Notes: generated by a model not told the origin, from the letters alone. DNA of 64,000 nucleotides from Eledone cirrhosa (GCA_964016885.1 OZ024748.1:3720001-3784000), one strand, 5' to 3'; positions 50,601 to 64,000 are shown, numbered from the stretch's first letter. A program made the numbers and translations.

Positions 50601-53600
50601 TCTTTTTCTTTTTCTTTTCTTATATAAATAATAAACATTTTTACACGAACAAAACCCACATCGTACTGTCCTGTACCGTCTGTAATGTTTTTCTGGATGT
50701 CAGCCCTTGTGGCCAATAAAGAAATCATTATCATTATTATTATTGGTGGATTGGCAGTATCGGTAGAGAGTCGGACACCACGTTTTGCAGCATAGAGTTA
50801 CGGCCCTTTACATTCTGGTTTCAAATCCCGCCGGGGTTAACTTTGCCTTTCATCCTTATGGGGTCGATAAAATAAAGTACCAGTAATGCACTGGGCTGAT
50901 TTAATTGACTCCAACACTGGGATGAAGGGAACTACACATGACCCTTTCAAGGACTCCAAGACTGGAACGAAGGGAAGCACATATGACCCTTTTGGGGACT
51001 CCAAGACTGGGAAGAAGGGAACTACACATGAACCTTTTGGGGACTCCAAGACTGGAACGAAGGGAAGCACATATGAAACTTTTTGGGATGCCATGACTGG
51101 GAGGCGGGAAGGAAATTGTGCTTAAATTTGAAACCCAGCTTCAATGCTTGCAACAGAAGTGACTCCAGCAAATATATCCAATGGCTAGCACGAAGACAAG
51201 AAAATATTTTCTTTTACAGTATGTTAAATATTAAATACTAAATGTTAATGGTTAAATGTTAAACGTGAAATATTTAATGTTAAACAATAAATATTATATG
51301 TTAAACAATAAATATTATATGTTAAATGTTAAATATTATATGTTAAACAATAAATATTATATGTTAAACAATAAATATTATATGTTAAGCAATAAATATT
51401 ATATGTTAAGCAATAAATATTATATGTTAAACAATAAATATTATATGTTAAGCAATAAATATTATATGTTGAAACTTACTTCATTTTCGTGTTCTTTTGC
51501 CCACTGAAGTTGATCTAGGAGATCACTGAGGTTTCTCTTGATTGGAATATAATGTACATAGGGAGTCAGTTCACTGTAGAAATGTTCATAATAATGAGAA
51601 TCTTGTTTCAAAACAACACTGGAACCAGCCAGAAGATAAGGGAAACGGTAAGCAGCAACAGTTCCATCAATATTCAACTGGTATTTGTGCTAGGGAAAGA
51701 ATAAAACAAATAGGTAAATTCTTTTCTTTTCCTAGGGTATCATTGTCAAAAGGTTTACTTAATCATAACAACCCCTCTCTAGTCTTTAGGCTAGTGTGAG
51801 GTGCAGGCAATTGGTGGTGAATTGCCCACCTGATTTTTTTCTTTCCTTTATCATTTTTGTTCAATGAATTTATATTATATTTTTATAATTGTTTCTACTT
51901 TTGGCACAAGGCCAGCAATTACCCAGTGTATTACTGGTACTTTATTTTATCGACCCCGTAAGGATGAAAGGCAAAGTTAACCTCGGCGGGATTTTTATAA
52001 TGTTATTTACTCACTTGTAATGTTATTCATGTATATATTTAACACATATTTGCAATGTTATTCAACTGTAAATTTATACAATTGTAATTTGTTAATTAGT
52101 TTTGAAAACATATTTCTGTATAGTGCAACACCCATTATAAAGTACAGGTTATACGAGTTTAGAATATATTTTGCTAAGATCTCCCTTCATTTATGACTAT
52201 ATAATGCTCTGATTTATTCATTGAACAATCCCTGTGATTACCCAGCCATAGAAACCTTGCCAAATAAAGGGTTGGGAGGACCCTCAGTTGTGTTAAAGAC
52301 ACGACACCCTCTCCAGTGCACTTGGTAGAATGCGAGACTGTACATAAACGAGAGACAGATCCCTGGCTTGTTTGGGGGATCAGTAGCCCCACTTCAGTAT
52401 TGACTTGGTCTATGTAGACTTGTCCAAACTTTGCTAGCAGGAAAAGCAGACATTAAAATGATGATATATATATTCATAAATAGATAAATAGAGAGATTTG
52501 TAAGTATATATAACAAAGGAAGTGTGGAACCAGGTGGACCATAATACACCAGAGTACTCGATACTTAGGGTAGTAGAGTGGGGATCTTCTGTATTACTGC
52601 GTGACGCCAGAGGTCACGGTCGTGTGTCATTGCCTTTGAGAGGTGTAATTGGATAAGGTCGGCTTTTATTTTCTCATCCCAGGTCTTCTTGGGTCTCCCC
52701 ACTCCGCGGTTTATATATATATATATATATCATGGAATATATTTTAGTGTCCTTCTCTAAAGAGATACAAAAAATTTTAACGAACAAAAAGGATAGCATA
52801 CCTTGAAAAAGTCAAAAAAGGATATATGTTCTACAATTTTGCCATATTTTTGCTCATCTTTTGGGAAGAAAAACATGTTTGTCAGCATAGCATCAACCAA
52901 ATCTGGATGTTTCCTGCTCAGCATTACTAGATTTAATCTTTCCTGGCGACTGTCCCTTCCTCTCCAGAAGGCCAGGTTAGATTTATTCGACCATGGTGGA
53001 CTGTTACCTTGGACAGAAAGTATATCTAGGGTTACTCTGACAAAAAAAAACAAAAAAAAAACAACAAACATTAATTGATATAAGCATAAGGTCGTTGATT
53101 AAATCGACCCCAGTATATTACTGGTACTTTATTTTATCGACCCCCATAAGGATGAAAGGCAAAGTTAACCTCGGCGAAATTTGAACTCAGAACGTAAAGG
53201 GCCATAACTCTGTGCTGAAAAACATGTCTGACACTACCGATTTTGCCCATCCAATAATAATAATGATTTCTACTATAAGCACAAGGCCAGCAATTTGGGG
53301 GGTGAGTGGGATGGGGGTGTGGAGGGGAGTTGACTAAATCGACCCCAGTACGTTACTGGTACTTTATTTTATCGACCTTGTAAGGATGAAAGGCAAAGCT
53401 AATCTTGGTGGGATTTGAACTCAGAAAGTAAAGGACCATAACTCTATGTTGCAAAGCATGGTGTCCGACGCTCCACCGATTCTGCTAATCCAATAATAAA
53501 AATAATTGTTTCTGATTTAGGCACAAGGCCAACAAATTTTGGGGGAGGGGGAAGTTGATAAAATTGACCCCAGTGTATTACTGGTACTTTATTTTATCAA

Positions 53601-56600
53601 CCCCGTATGTCGTTTCCAATTTAGGCACGAGGCTAATCAGTGTGATCTCTCTGGCACACTGCACCTGGTTCTTCATATACCAAATTTCTTCCATCAACTT
53701 ACTGTTTTCTTGCACCAAACAGAGTATGTCAAACTTGTTTTATACTTCATATGTACTCTGTATATAATGACACACCTCACTACCATCTAACATAGCACTT
53801 TGAATGCAGACATTATACACTATACCTTTCATGGTTAAACGAGTATTAATTTGAGCCTAGACATAACTGTTTCAAAACATTATGAATCTAGGTGTGTACC
53901 ACACCTCTAGAAATATATTACTATACATTTTTCTTTTCTAATTGCTTACCAGCTATCCTATCTGCTTTAATATTAGAAATCTCTATATATAAAACTGAGG
54001 TTGTCTGTCTGTCTACTAAAACAGTCGGCACACATCTCCTCCTAAACGGTACATTCAAATTTCGGTGAAATTGCTACACTTATAGATGTAAAATTTTCAA
54101 ATCGACCCATGCCAAGTGCAAAAAACGAATTTGTAATGTATTGATTTTTCAGTTCAAATGTATAAATAGAGCTGAGAGACGAGTTATTTTCCTTTTATGG
54201 CGTCATTTGTTTATCTATTTACGTTACGAATAAAAGATGCATGCAAAAGTACAAAAATACTCGTAGTTTTCGAACCAGCAAAATCCATGAGTTCGAAGTT
54301 TCAACATTAAGTTTCCATTTTGCTTCATTTCCATTAAAAAGTCTTTTAAAACAATATTTTTACTTGAAAACAAGCCTATTTGAATACACCACAAAACAAA
54401 CAAATATTTTGTAAAAAAAGCATTGATCTCGAATAAAGCCTTAGATTTTCACTTAGAAGCAATGATTTTAAACGACAGACAGTCATGCAGAGAGGTGATA
54501 TAGGCGATAAAGTTGTGCAGACAGATAGTCGTGCAGAGAGGTGACAGGCGATAAAATTGCATTTTTTTGTTTTTTTTGTTTTTCATGTCCATCCAATTTC
54601 TTTGTTTCAAAATAACTGATAGTTTGGTTACGCTGATGTTTTTCTCTGAGACAAGTGTTGCAGCGTTTACATTTTCGATTTTTAATAGATTACCAGTGCA
54701 GTTTTTATCCCCAGCATCCGCTTTTGTTTTAACATTTGAGTTATGGTTATGTTTTCTTAACTTCATAAGGCATACTGTTGGTTGAAGGAATATTAATCAA
54801 AAGTACCATATGAAAGTCTACAGTTTTTAAGCCAAGAAAGGAACTAACATTGTAACTTTAACACAGCTACTGAGCAGCCCCGGGCAACGCCAGGCTTTAC
54901 TGCTAGTTATATAAAATTGCACCCTTCTATTTCTTTCTTCTCATGTCATAATTTGCATTGCAATAACAGAAATGAAAAATGACACGCCTTTAACATCAAT
55001 GACAGACAACAATACAAACCAAACACTATATACAACTGCTTTATGTGATTTGAACAGATTATAAATATAACGTTAGAAATGCACCTACTACAATACACAA
55101 AAACTGAGAATAAATATTGACAACAATATAATAACACTATGTAGCATGGTATATTTTACATTTTAACAACTTATAGCACAATTGATGAGTAATAGCAACA
55201 CAATTGATCTCTAGTGAACTGATTCCCAGTTCACTGCATTTCTGATGGCATTACAAAGATTTGACAAGGGAGTGTTTCTAACTTCTACAGAACAAATATC
55301 ACAAAGGATTTTTTTTCCAGTTTTCTTTGTGATGTTTATATCCTTTCTCGATATTTACATCATTTGCTGATGTGCACATACATACACATAAACATAGAAC
55401 AAGAGGTTTGAGCCAAAGAGTGGAGAAATCTTCTTTGATGGGGTGAAGGACAGTGTCTTCCAAGACAATTACTCTGACCACAGCCAAGACATCACCTTCA
55501 ATGAGTTTAGCATTTATGTGGTTGCATAAACACTTTGAGCCAGTATTGGAGGTGGAGGACCGCAGGCTCGTATTTGGGACAGGCATCTGACCAAAGGTCA
55601 AATTTTTGTTATTGTTTAGTGTCGTTAGTAATAGGCCATTAGAGAGATGGAGAGCAAGTGGAGCAAAGTAGAACAGGTCTCTCAGTCACTAAGGTGATAG
55701 TCCAAAGCCCTCTCGATTAAAGAGGTGAGGGCATCAGCTGCCATTACACGTGCTGCTTTCGGAATTCTCAGAAAGATCCTTTGAATCCTTCTGAGTTGAC
55801 CGATGTTTGTCACTTTGGCATCTCCTTTGATGAAGGAGCACAAATGGAAAAAAGCTGTGCTGAAAAAAAAACCCCACAAAAAAAAAACCTATTGTCCATA
55901 AGAAAGATTACAAAGGAAAGAAATGCTGAACATATTTTTAATTTTACTTACTTGCTCATCATTCCGAGAGTGGATTCTGTTATGTCATAAGTTGGCATGA
56001 CAATATCTTTTGTTTCATGGGAGCCACACCAGGAAAATATAGGAAAATAGTCATTACTCGACTTCTCAGATAATGGCCAGTCACCAAGGTTGATAAAGAA
56101 TTCTATGTCAGGCAGAATAACTTTCCGAGCCAATGAAAGAAATGGTGTGTCGGAAAATATACTAAATCCGGTATGTTCTCCATAACACTTTCGGCTCAAC
56201 TAAAATAAACGGTAGAAGAATATTATTGTTAGTTTTGAATAAATGTTAGCTTAACCCTTTAGCATTTAAATTGGCCATATCAAGCTACAATTCTCCCACT
56301 TCTTTCTGTTTAAACTGGCGGTAATTGGTTGCTCATACTGATGTTAAGGTATTGTTCTCCAAATAAATAACATCAAAATCTCGCAGATTCAATTTTATGT
56401 GAAATAATTATATGACGTAAAACCTTTACCACAAAAATACAATAGTATATATAGAGTAATGTAAACACAAAAGAGTTAAAGCAATCTTTGTGCTTACTCT
56501 AGACAAAAATATATTAACTTTTTGCATCATTGAGTGCTTTGTGACAGCCTCAAACAATTCGATTGGGATCTGCAATACTGCACCTCCAACTTTGATTTAT

Positions 56601-59600
56601 ATATATATATATAGGGTATATATATATATATATATATATATATAACCCATGCTAGCGTGGAAGAACGAACGTAAAACGGTGATGATGATATATATATATC
56701 TATATATCTATATATATCTATATATATATATCTATATATATCTATATATTTATATCTATATATCTATATATCTATCTATCTATATCTATATATCTATTTA
56801 TCTATTTATCTATCTATCTATCTATATCTATCTATCTATATCTATATATCTATTTATCTATCTATCTATATATATATCTATATATCTATCTCGATATATA
56901 TATATATATATTTAATACAATAACAGAGATAGTTTAAAGCTAAACTCTATATCTAGATAATCACTACAGGGAGCCTCACCCCAGAAAGAATTTCTATAGA
57001 CTTCTGACTGAGTGCTCTCAAAACTGACCAATGGGAAGTTTGACATTTTTTTGTTATTTTGTTCCTTTACCACCTTGTTCCTTCTACCTCTTTATCAATT
57101 TTTAAAGCTAACTCCAACAATAACAACACTACCAACACAAGAATTGAGGTCAGATGTACCTAACAATAACAAGAACAACAACTACAGATTGGCCGTTTTT
57201 ATGAAAGATGGGTGAAAGTGGCGAGAATGGCCCGTGTGAATGGGCCTTCACTCTACATCAGACTATAGGTGAGGAAGATGAAAGACCAAGGGAGCACCCC
57301 TTCTCTGTGCTCCTGAGGAAAAGGGTTGCACACTTTTTTCGGGGGTGTGTGCGACCCCCCAAGGTTGTTATATTTTATTTTATTTTTATATATTGTTATT
57401 GCCTCCTCCTTATTGAGGACGCCTTGTTTTGTAAACTCCCCCCATTGTACTTGTCCTACTTTTGATGCCCTGGTGGCAAATAAAAGAAACATATCTATCT
57501 ATATCTATCTATCTATCTATATATCTATCTATAGATATATAGATATATAGATAGATATATATCTATATATATATATCTATCTATCTATATCTATATATAT
57601 CTATCTATATCTATATCTATATATATATATCTGAGTCCTGTGTTTAATCGGGGTAAACTTAGTAAGTAAAGTACTCAATACATTAGTAGAGTATAAACAT
57701 CATGTTTAATACAGAAATGGCTTCTACAGGACTAGAACTGTTTCATTCAAAAGAAATCATTAACTACATTACTGACCTTGTTAGCAATTATTTTGTAATG
57801 ACAAATACTATGTTGTTGTTGTTGATTGAACTTTTTGATAATTTTTGGAGCTATTTTCTCCATATTTATTGATTTTTTCCAATTCTTTAAATCATTGTCA
57901 ATTTGTTTATAGGTCGAAGGACAATCCATTGTTTTAAGCCACTCATCAAAGTCTGACTCTGGACAATAACAATCTTCATGATATGAATTTCCTGAGATAA
58001 AATATAATAATAATAATAATAATAATTTCTTTATTGGCCACAATAAAGAAATCATTATTATTATTTATAATAATAATAATAAAATATAAAGATCTGCTTA
58101 TTGAAATTAAGAAAATGTGGCACCTCAAGACCGCTCAATACCAGTGATTGTGGGAGGACTGGGAATGATCAAGAAAGGAACAGAACAATATTTGTGAATG
58201 ATTCCTGGTCTACCCTCTCTGCACGAGGTGCAAAAAATTGTTTTGACTGGTACTGCACACGTATTGAGAAGAGCACCATCTCTATACGGTTGATATCCCT
58301 CCCTGTGCACGTTTACCATATGTGCACGTTTTTTTGTTTTTTTTAATTATAATCAATGTGCTGTATTAACTGGCTTACCGATGCACACTGTGAATTTATT
58401 TGCCCAAGGTGTCAGGAAGACACTTGGCATATATCTCAGAAACCATAATGAAAGAAAATAAAAATAATAATAATAAGACAGATAAATAGATAAATATAGA
58501 CAGATGTGTGTGTGTGTGTGTGTGTATGTGTGTGTGTGTGTGTGACAACTCACACCTCTGCAGGTTTAGCTGGCCTCCTCCAAGGTATATCTCGTTGGAG
58601 GTGTCTTGGGTAATTTAATGATAGGGACCCCAGTTCAATCATCTCATTTTTACAGCTGAGTAAACTGGAGCAACATGAAATAAGGTGTCTTGCTAAAGGA
58701 AACACCACCCGGTCCAAGAATTGAACTCACAACCTTTCGATTGCAAGCCCAATGCTCTAACCACTAAACCATGCACCTTCACAGTTAGATATATAGAAAT
58801 AAATAGACAGACAGATAAATACCAATTGGAAGGTGGTGGTGTTGGCCATAAATGATTTGTACTTTCTGTGTAGTCTTTTTAATTAATATCAGATTGGTGT
58901 AACATTTTCTTTCATCTTCTAACATCATAGATTCAGATATATTGTATACGGCAAGTAAACACAGGGTGGGCCACATATTATCAAGATATATTGTAGAACC
59001 AGTAAATACAGGGCGAGCCACATATTATCATCAAGATATATTTGAACTTAATTTCATAAAAATATCACACAGTGTAATGATCAGAATAGAAAAACAAAGA
59101 GTGAGAATCACACACACAAACTTAAAGCTGATATAATGGCAGTTTTTTAAACCTTCTCACCCTTTCAAAATACTGGGAAAATTCATGTTACGTGCCCACT
59201 CAATAATTTTATATATTATATATATAATTGTTTCTACATTTGGCACAAGGCCATCAATTACCCAGTGTATTACTGGTACTTTATTTTATCGACCCCGAAA
59301 GGATGAAAGGCAAAGTTAACCTCGGCAAGTTTTCAATAAATATCCCAATTAATACAGTGTTTATCTCCATGATATTTTGTTTATTTTATCCTCTTATATT
59401 TAATTTAACACTAAATTCGAATTCCACCAAGGTCAACTTTGCCTTTCATCTTTCGAGAATTGGTAAAATGAAGTACTAATCATGTACTTAGATTGACATA
59501 ACCGACTTTCCCCTCCATCCAAAATCAGAAACAATGTTTGGTTTATTGCGATGACACAAAGTCTTAATTCAATGGACATATCAAGTTTACTTTGATCAAC

Positions 59601-61219
59601 AATAAAATGTCAGATATTTAAAAATAATTATATGATATTGTGATAAAGTTCAGCTCAGCTATAACCAGCTCGAGCCGGTGGGGCTGGATCGAGGGGACGG
59701 CAAAAGGCCAGATGGCATGACCATCTTCCCGTTCCGCGGTGGCAAACCCCTTGTCTGGGATGCCACTTGCATCGACACTTTCTGCAGCCGCAACCTGGTG
59801 CAATCTGCGACTGACCCAGGTTCTGCTGCACGTCGGGCTGAGGGGGCCAAACTCCTCAAATACTGGTCGCTCTCCAACAGGTTTGCGGTCGTACCTCTGG
59901 CAGTGGAGACTTCTGGTGTCCTCGGCCCCAGGGCTACCTCCTTACTCACCACCATAGGTGCTGAGCTGGCCAGCCGCAGGTGTGAACCCAGCGAGTTGGA
60001 GTGGCTCTTCCAGCGTGTCTCCCTCGCCGTCCTCCGGGGAAACACCTTCTCCCTTCTGTCCGCCAGGGCTGTGTGTGGGCCCCATCACGTACCGTTGTAG
60101 TTGTTGTAGAAGAAACAGGAAGATAACAACTGGAAAGTTTGATTTTCTAGAATTTGATGTTTGCTTATTATTTCCAGCTAGATTCACTTCTAATTTTGAT
60201 ATACCTACTTTATATTTAGCTGCTATGATTTACTACACAGTACTAAATAGGTTTGGTTTACTATAGAGGACTAAATTGGCTTGGTATATTACACAATAGA
60301 TATATCTTATATCTTGTATACAAGATACATGATGGATCTGGTGCTTTATATAAGCCCTGATCAAGCAAAACTAAGATGAAAATAAGTTCCAGCCACAATT
60401 GTCCTGCCACATGGTATATAAGAGATTACATTATGATATAAGATAAATGATAATATTAATAAATTACATTATGATATAAGATAAATGATAATATTAAGTT
60501 ATGTGATAATAAAAACAGATATCAGCAATGTATACCATCACCACCATAATTATGTGAATATGGACAGTGTGAAAGAATTCTCTCTGGCATGCAGAACACC
60601 AGGCACAAGCTGCCTTGTGGTCCCACCAGACAGAATGGAGGAAGTGTTACCCAAGAGGGTGGTGAGGGAGATGTATTGAAATAGCCATTCCAACTAGAGG
60701 GGCTTACTCCCGAGTTGACCTAACCCTACCCCGAAAGCAGTAGATAGAGAGGCTGTTTGGGGACTAAGAATGCTAGAAGTTTCCACTGCTATAGTTTTGA
60801 TAAGAATCCAGTCTACTAAATAGAGCTTACTCCTGCAGGTGTGATCCAACTCCACTCAGATAGCACTGAGTAGGGATGGGGTTCAGGGACCCAAAATGCC
60901 AAGAGTTTCCATCCTTACATGTTTAATAACAAACCTATCAGAAAGCAAAGTGATGTTGGCTAGTTGGAAAACATTATAACTCTTCCAAATGTAAAGGTCA
61001 TGTGATATTTACTTACCTTGCAGGCTGAATGGTGAACCAGATACATGCTTTCCTTTATACTTAACATGGATCTCTATATTGTTATAAGACCTGAATAGGC
61101 GATACCTTACAATATATGATCCGTCATGCCGATCTAGAACATTAAGACTGTACCAAACGTGGGCTCTTGGTGCTGATAATGAAACTTCAAATGCTTTTTC
61201 TCCAACAGATTCTGTAAAA
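44626..61219 (-). CDS. POGLUT2: KDEL motif-containing protein / protein O-glucosyltransferase 2/3 (filamin-like + CAP10/GT90 domain); first exon(s) not found in the window
   Basis: Exons 61017-61219 ([19 protein letters not shown]), 57777-57991 (YHEDCYCP), 55952-56199 ([31 protein letters not shown]), 52802-53036 ([19 protein letters not shown]), 51480-51689 ([19 protein letters not shown]), 50406-50495, 47015-47119 (FCQCHRKK), 44626-44652 (PKKMHTEL-stop). Phases are consistent. Probably co-orthologous to vertebrate POGLUT2 and POGLUT3. Confidence 0.93.
45081..46134 (+). mobile_element. piggyBac-type MITE expanded by 14 internal tandem copies of a 60-72 bp unit
   Basis: Both TTAA-flanked TIRs are intact. 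Unit catttacattactctatatatactattgtattttcatggtaaaggctttacctcacataa, with or without tatctcacataa. Confidence 0.9.
46765..46951 (+). mobile_element. tRNA-derived SINE, family A (most abundant repeat in the window)
   Basis: A box TGGCAGTATCGG, B box GAGTTCAAATC and central AACTTTGCCTTTCATC..GGGGTC.ATAAAATAAAGTACC (Nin/Deu-like core, from recollection). More than a dozen full or partial copies, including a cluster at 53090-53610. Confidence 0.85.
48516..50373 (+). mobile_element. Family B SINE expanded by an 18-copy internal 89-93 bp tandem array (48657-50245)
   Basis: SINE head 48516-48656 and tail 50245-50373 match 40210-40556. Unit = about 52 bp of SINE body plus about 38 bp of non-SINE spacer. 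Confidence 0.92.
50908..51110. repeat. 39 bp minisatellite x5 (78 bp dimeric higher-order pattern)
   Basis: ggactccaagactgg followed alternately by aacgaagggaagcacatatga and gaagaagggaactacacatga. Confidence 0.85.
51220..51470. repeat. 21 bp minisatellite, about 12 copies
   Basis: Unit tatgttaaacaataaatatta, abutting the donor of POGLUT exon 51480-51689. Confidence 0.9.
53980..54906 (+). mobile_element. Non-autonomous Helitron
   Basis: Inserted between A and T; 5' TCTCTATATATAAAAC..(GTCT)n; 3' GC-rich hairpin CCCGGGCAACGCCAGG followed by CTAG. Confidence 0.75.
55410..55860 (-). mobile_element. Degenerate CRE-like LINE ORF, pre-RT region
   Basis: [18 protein letters not shown] and [14 protein letters not shown] resemble the region upstream of RT in CRE-type elements. 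Confidence 0.5.
58083..58290 (+). mobile_element. R4/Dong-like LINE endonuclease C-terminal fragment
   Basis: [38 protein letters not shown], adjacent to (TAA)n. Confidence 0.65.
59665..60100 (+). mobile_element. 5'-truncated CRE-like retrotransposon with an uninterrupted endonuclease reading frame
   Basis: [59 protein letters not shown]-stop; GC-rich relative to its flanks. Confidence 0.88.
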
Positions 61220-61774
61220 CTAGAAACAAACTCAGATTTCAGTAAGCCACATCTATGAAGAGGTTAGGACAATTGGAAACATTTTTTTCATGCTCAGAGT
61301 TGCTGAAGCATAGAACAAACTATGTGCAACTGTTGTTAGCTGTCGGGACAATGCATCCTTCAAAATATCTCATCCTTCTTGAAATTCGCCAACACTACAC
61401 CTGATATTTGAGATTATGTGAGATAAAGCCTACCAAAATTTTTGATGACATTGTTTATTTTGAGAACGATATCTTAACACCGGTATGAGTGGCTGGGTAT
61501 AGTTGGTTTGAAGAGAGAAGGGGAGAACGAATTTTAGCCAGATATGGCTGGTTTAAAGTGTTGAGTAAGAAAAATATCATTCATTATAAGCCTTATACAC
61601 ACACATATATATACTTCGTTTTTAAATTTGTTTTGCAAGATTTATTTGAAAACGTGTTGAAACAGATATTGTTATACTTTGGGAGGGCCATGTTGCCAAT
61701 AAAACACACCTGTTGGTTTCCACTTCAATTTATTATAAATGTCTCTCCTTTGTTCTGTTCTATCCCATCTTGAT

Positions 61775-62115
61775 GTAGGACAGAACAAAGGAGAGATGTT
61801 TATAATAAATTGTGCATAAGTGGAATAAAGTGTAGTGAGCAGGAGAAAGGACTGCACTGGTATGGCCATGTGATGTACATGGAAGGTGACCACTGGCTGA
61901 AGAAGTGCCAAGAATTCCAAGTGGAAATAAGATGCAGTAGAGGAAAATCACAAAAAAACATGGGTGGAGGTGGTGAGAGCTGATCTCAGATCGCTGAAGT
62001 TCACAGAGGAGATGACGAAGGACTGTGACGGATGGAGAGATGCTGTTTTGAAGAGGACTCATCTCACCCTTGCAAGCAAGTAAAAGCAGACGTAAAATGA
62101 TGAGGATGATGATGA
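61775..62115 (+). mobile_element. RTE-clade LINE 3' end with (GAT)n tail
   Basis: RRKGLHWYGHVMYM..RGKSQKxW motifs. Related copies at 15090-15375(-) and 23320-23530(-). Confidence 0.6.
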
Positions 62116-62116
62116 T

Positions 62117-62164
<48 letters not shown>

Positions 62165-62640
62165 CAATATATGTTGACACAGTAGATTTTTAAAACTATT
62201 TACAAGCTTTACAAATGTTTCAATACATCTTATTCAACTAATGTTTATGTTATTTCAATTGTTAAAGAGGGAAACTATTGTGTAGAACGAAGCATTGTTA
62301 AATATTGAATATCTTCAGTTATATAATATATTTGCTATATATTATGTAGCTATATGTTAGCTCTTATTTCTCAATATATCTGATATAATGTTCACTCACG
62401 CAGTTCGGATTTAGCTGTTGAAATGGCAGGAGCTCAGCCGTTGGGGTCCTGTACCTTTTCATATTACCCACTCTACTACCCCAAGTATCGAGTACTCTGG
62501 TGTGTTATGGGTCACCTAGTTCCTTACCACACTTTCTTTGTCATATATATATATATCACGATACATTAACGGAGCCATAGACTCTTGTCATTCCCTGTAA
62601 ATAATGTGCTCAAAGGAGAAGAAATCCTGAGCTCTTTAAA

Positions 62641-62931
62641 ATACAATATGTTGAAAAGGTAACACACTAGAGAGAGATACAGTGCGCTATCAATAAAACA
62701 GGGAAAAACCACCAGTGTATGGAATCTATAACTATGAAAGGCAGACTATAGACATGATAATTAAAAATATAAATTAAAGCGTAACTATTTACGCTTTAAT
62801 TTATATTTTTAATTATCGTGTCTATAGTCTGCCTTTCATAGGTTATAGATTCCATACACTGGTGGTTTTTCCCTGTTTTATTGGTAGCGCACTGTATCTC
62901 TCTAGTGTGTTACCTTTTCAACATATTGTAT
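62641..62931. repeat. Long near-perfect palindrome (about 143 bp arms, 4 nt loop)
   Basis: Arms differ by 2 substitutions and 2 small indels; loop CTAT at 62785-62788. Confidence 0.95.
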
Positions 62932-64000
62932 ATATATATCATTATCATCGTTTAACGTCTATCTTCCACACTAGCATGGGTTAGACGGTTTGATTCCTTA
63001 CAAACTATTAGTTCTTTCACGTCTATTGACAATTGTTCTTTATGCTTCAAATATTACACCCAAAGTGTTGGTTAAGTACTAAGGATTCTATATTTAAACC
63101 TATTCCAAACCAAACTGACAGGAACCACACCCTAATTTTATAATACAAATGTGTTTGTACTTATATAGATTAGACGGTAGATTAGTTTGGTAGTTTTCTG
63201 AAAATATTAGATACTACACACCCACATCGGTGTGTGTGTGTGTGCGCGCGTGTGTGAGCATCATTATCCTCACTGTTTAACAGTTACTTCTCATGGGTTA
63301 CAAGGGATGTCACATTATAAGGTTAAAGAAGTCAGGTGACCATGACTTGCTTATACATTTTGTTTTTTTTGTCTTATTTTCTACAGCTGAATGCCCTTCC
63401 TGATACCAACCACCTTACAATGTATACTGGCAACTTTTTTCATATCACCAAAGAGGTGAGAGAATTCTTGCCAGAAAAGGCCAGAATTCTCTCAATACCA
63501 TACTGATAAGGTATTGTTCTCAAATAATTAACATCAAAATCTCATAGATTCGATATTATATGAGATAATTATGTAAAATAAAGTGTTTACTGTAAAAATA
63601 CAATAGTAAATATAGAGTAATGTAAATGCTAAAGGGTTAATACAGTTCTTGGGTAGATTCAGTGAGATATTGTGTGTAAACAAGTCTGGCTTTTTTGAAT
63701 TACAAGTACAACTTATTTTTGCCAGCTGAGTGAACTGGAACAATGTGAAATAAAGTGATTGATCAAAGACACAACACTACACTAGGAATCAAACTCACGG
63801 TCTTACCATCATGAACCAAACACCCTAACCACTGAGCTACATGCCATTACAATTTAATAATAGAAGTCAGATAACGAAGCAAGTGTCAGGTCACTTGATT
63901 CACAGAATAATGAAGTAATATTTTAGATTTGATATAATAATTACTATATTTCAGATAAATATTAATGTTGAGTTAGGTTCATTCAATCTCAAATTACACC

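Overview
AT-rich, repeat-dense eukaryotic genomic DNA with spliceosomal GT-AG introns. The SINE, MITE and (TA)n landscape suggests an octopod cephalopod; that assignment is an inference. Three multi-exon genes were reconstructed by hand with phase-consistent junctions. They are L-fucose kinase (FCSK/FUK, minus strand, 22 coding exons, 3' end off the left edge), a complete Xaa-Pro dipeptidase (PEPD, plus strand, 16 exons, 500 aa) and a KDELC/POGLUT2-3 protein O-glucosyltransferase (minus strand, 8 exons ending HTEL, 5' end off the right edge). Between FCSK and PEPD lies an internally deleted PEPD duplicate with mosaic divergence and reciprocal filled/empty TE sites. Nearly all long ORFs in the supplied track are repeat artefacts or TE fragments. 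The most notable non-genic signals are: a short dispersed element whose consensus is a minimal Penelope-type hammerhead ribozyme, several long near-perfect palindromes, two TEs with internal tandem amplifications, and a duplicated poison 3' splice site in PEPD.
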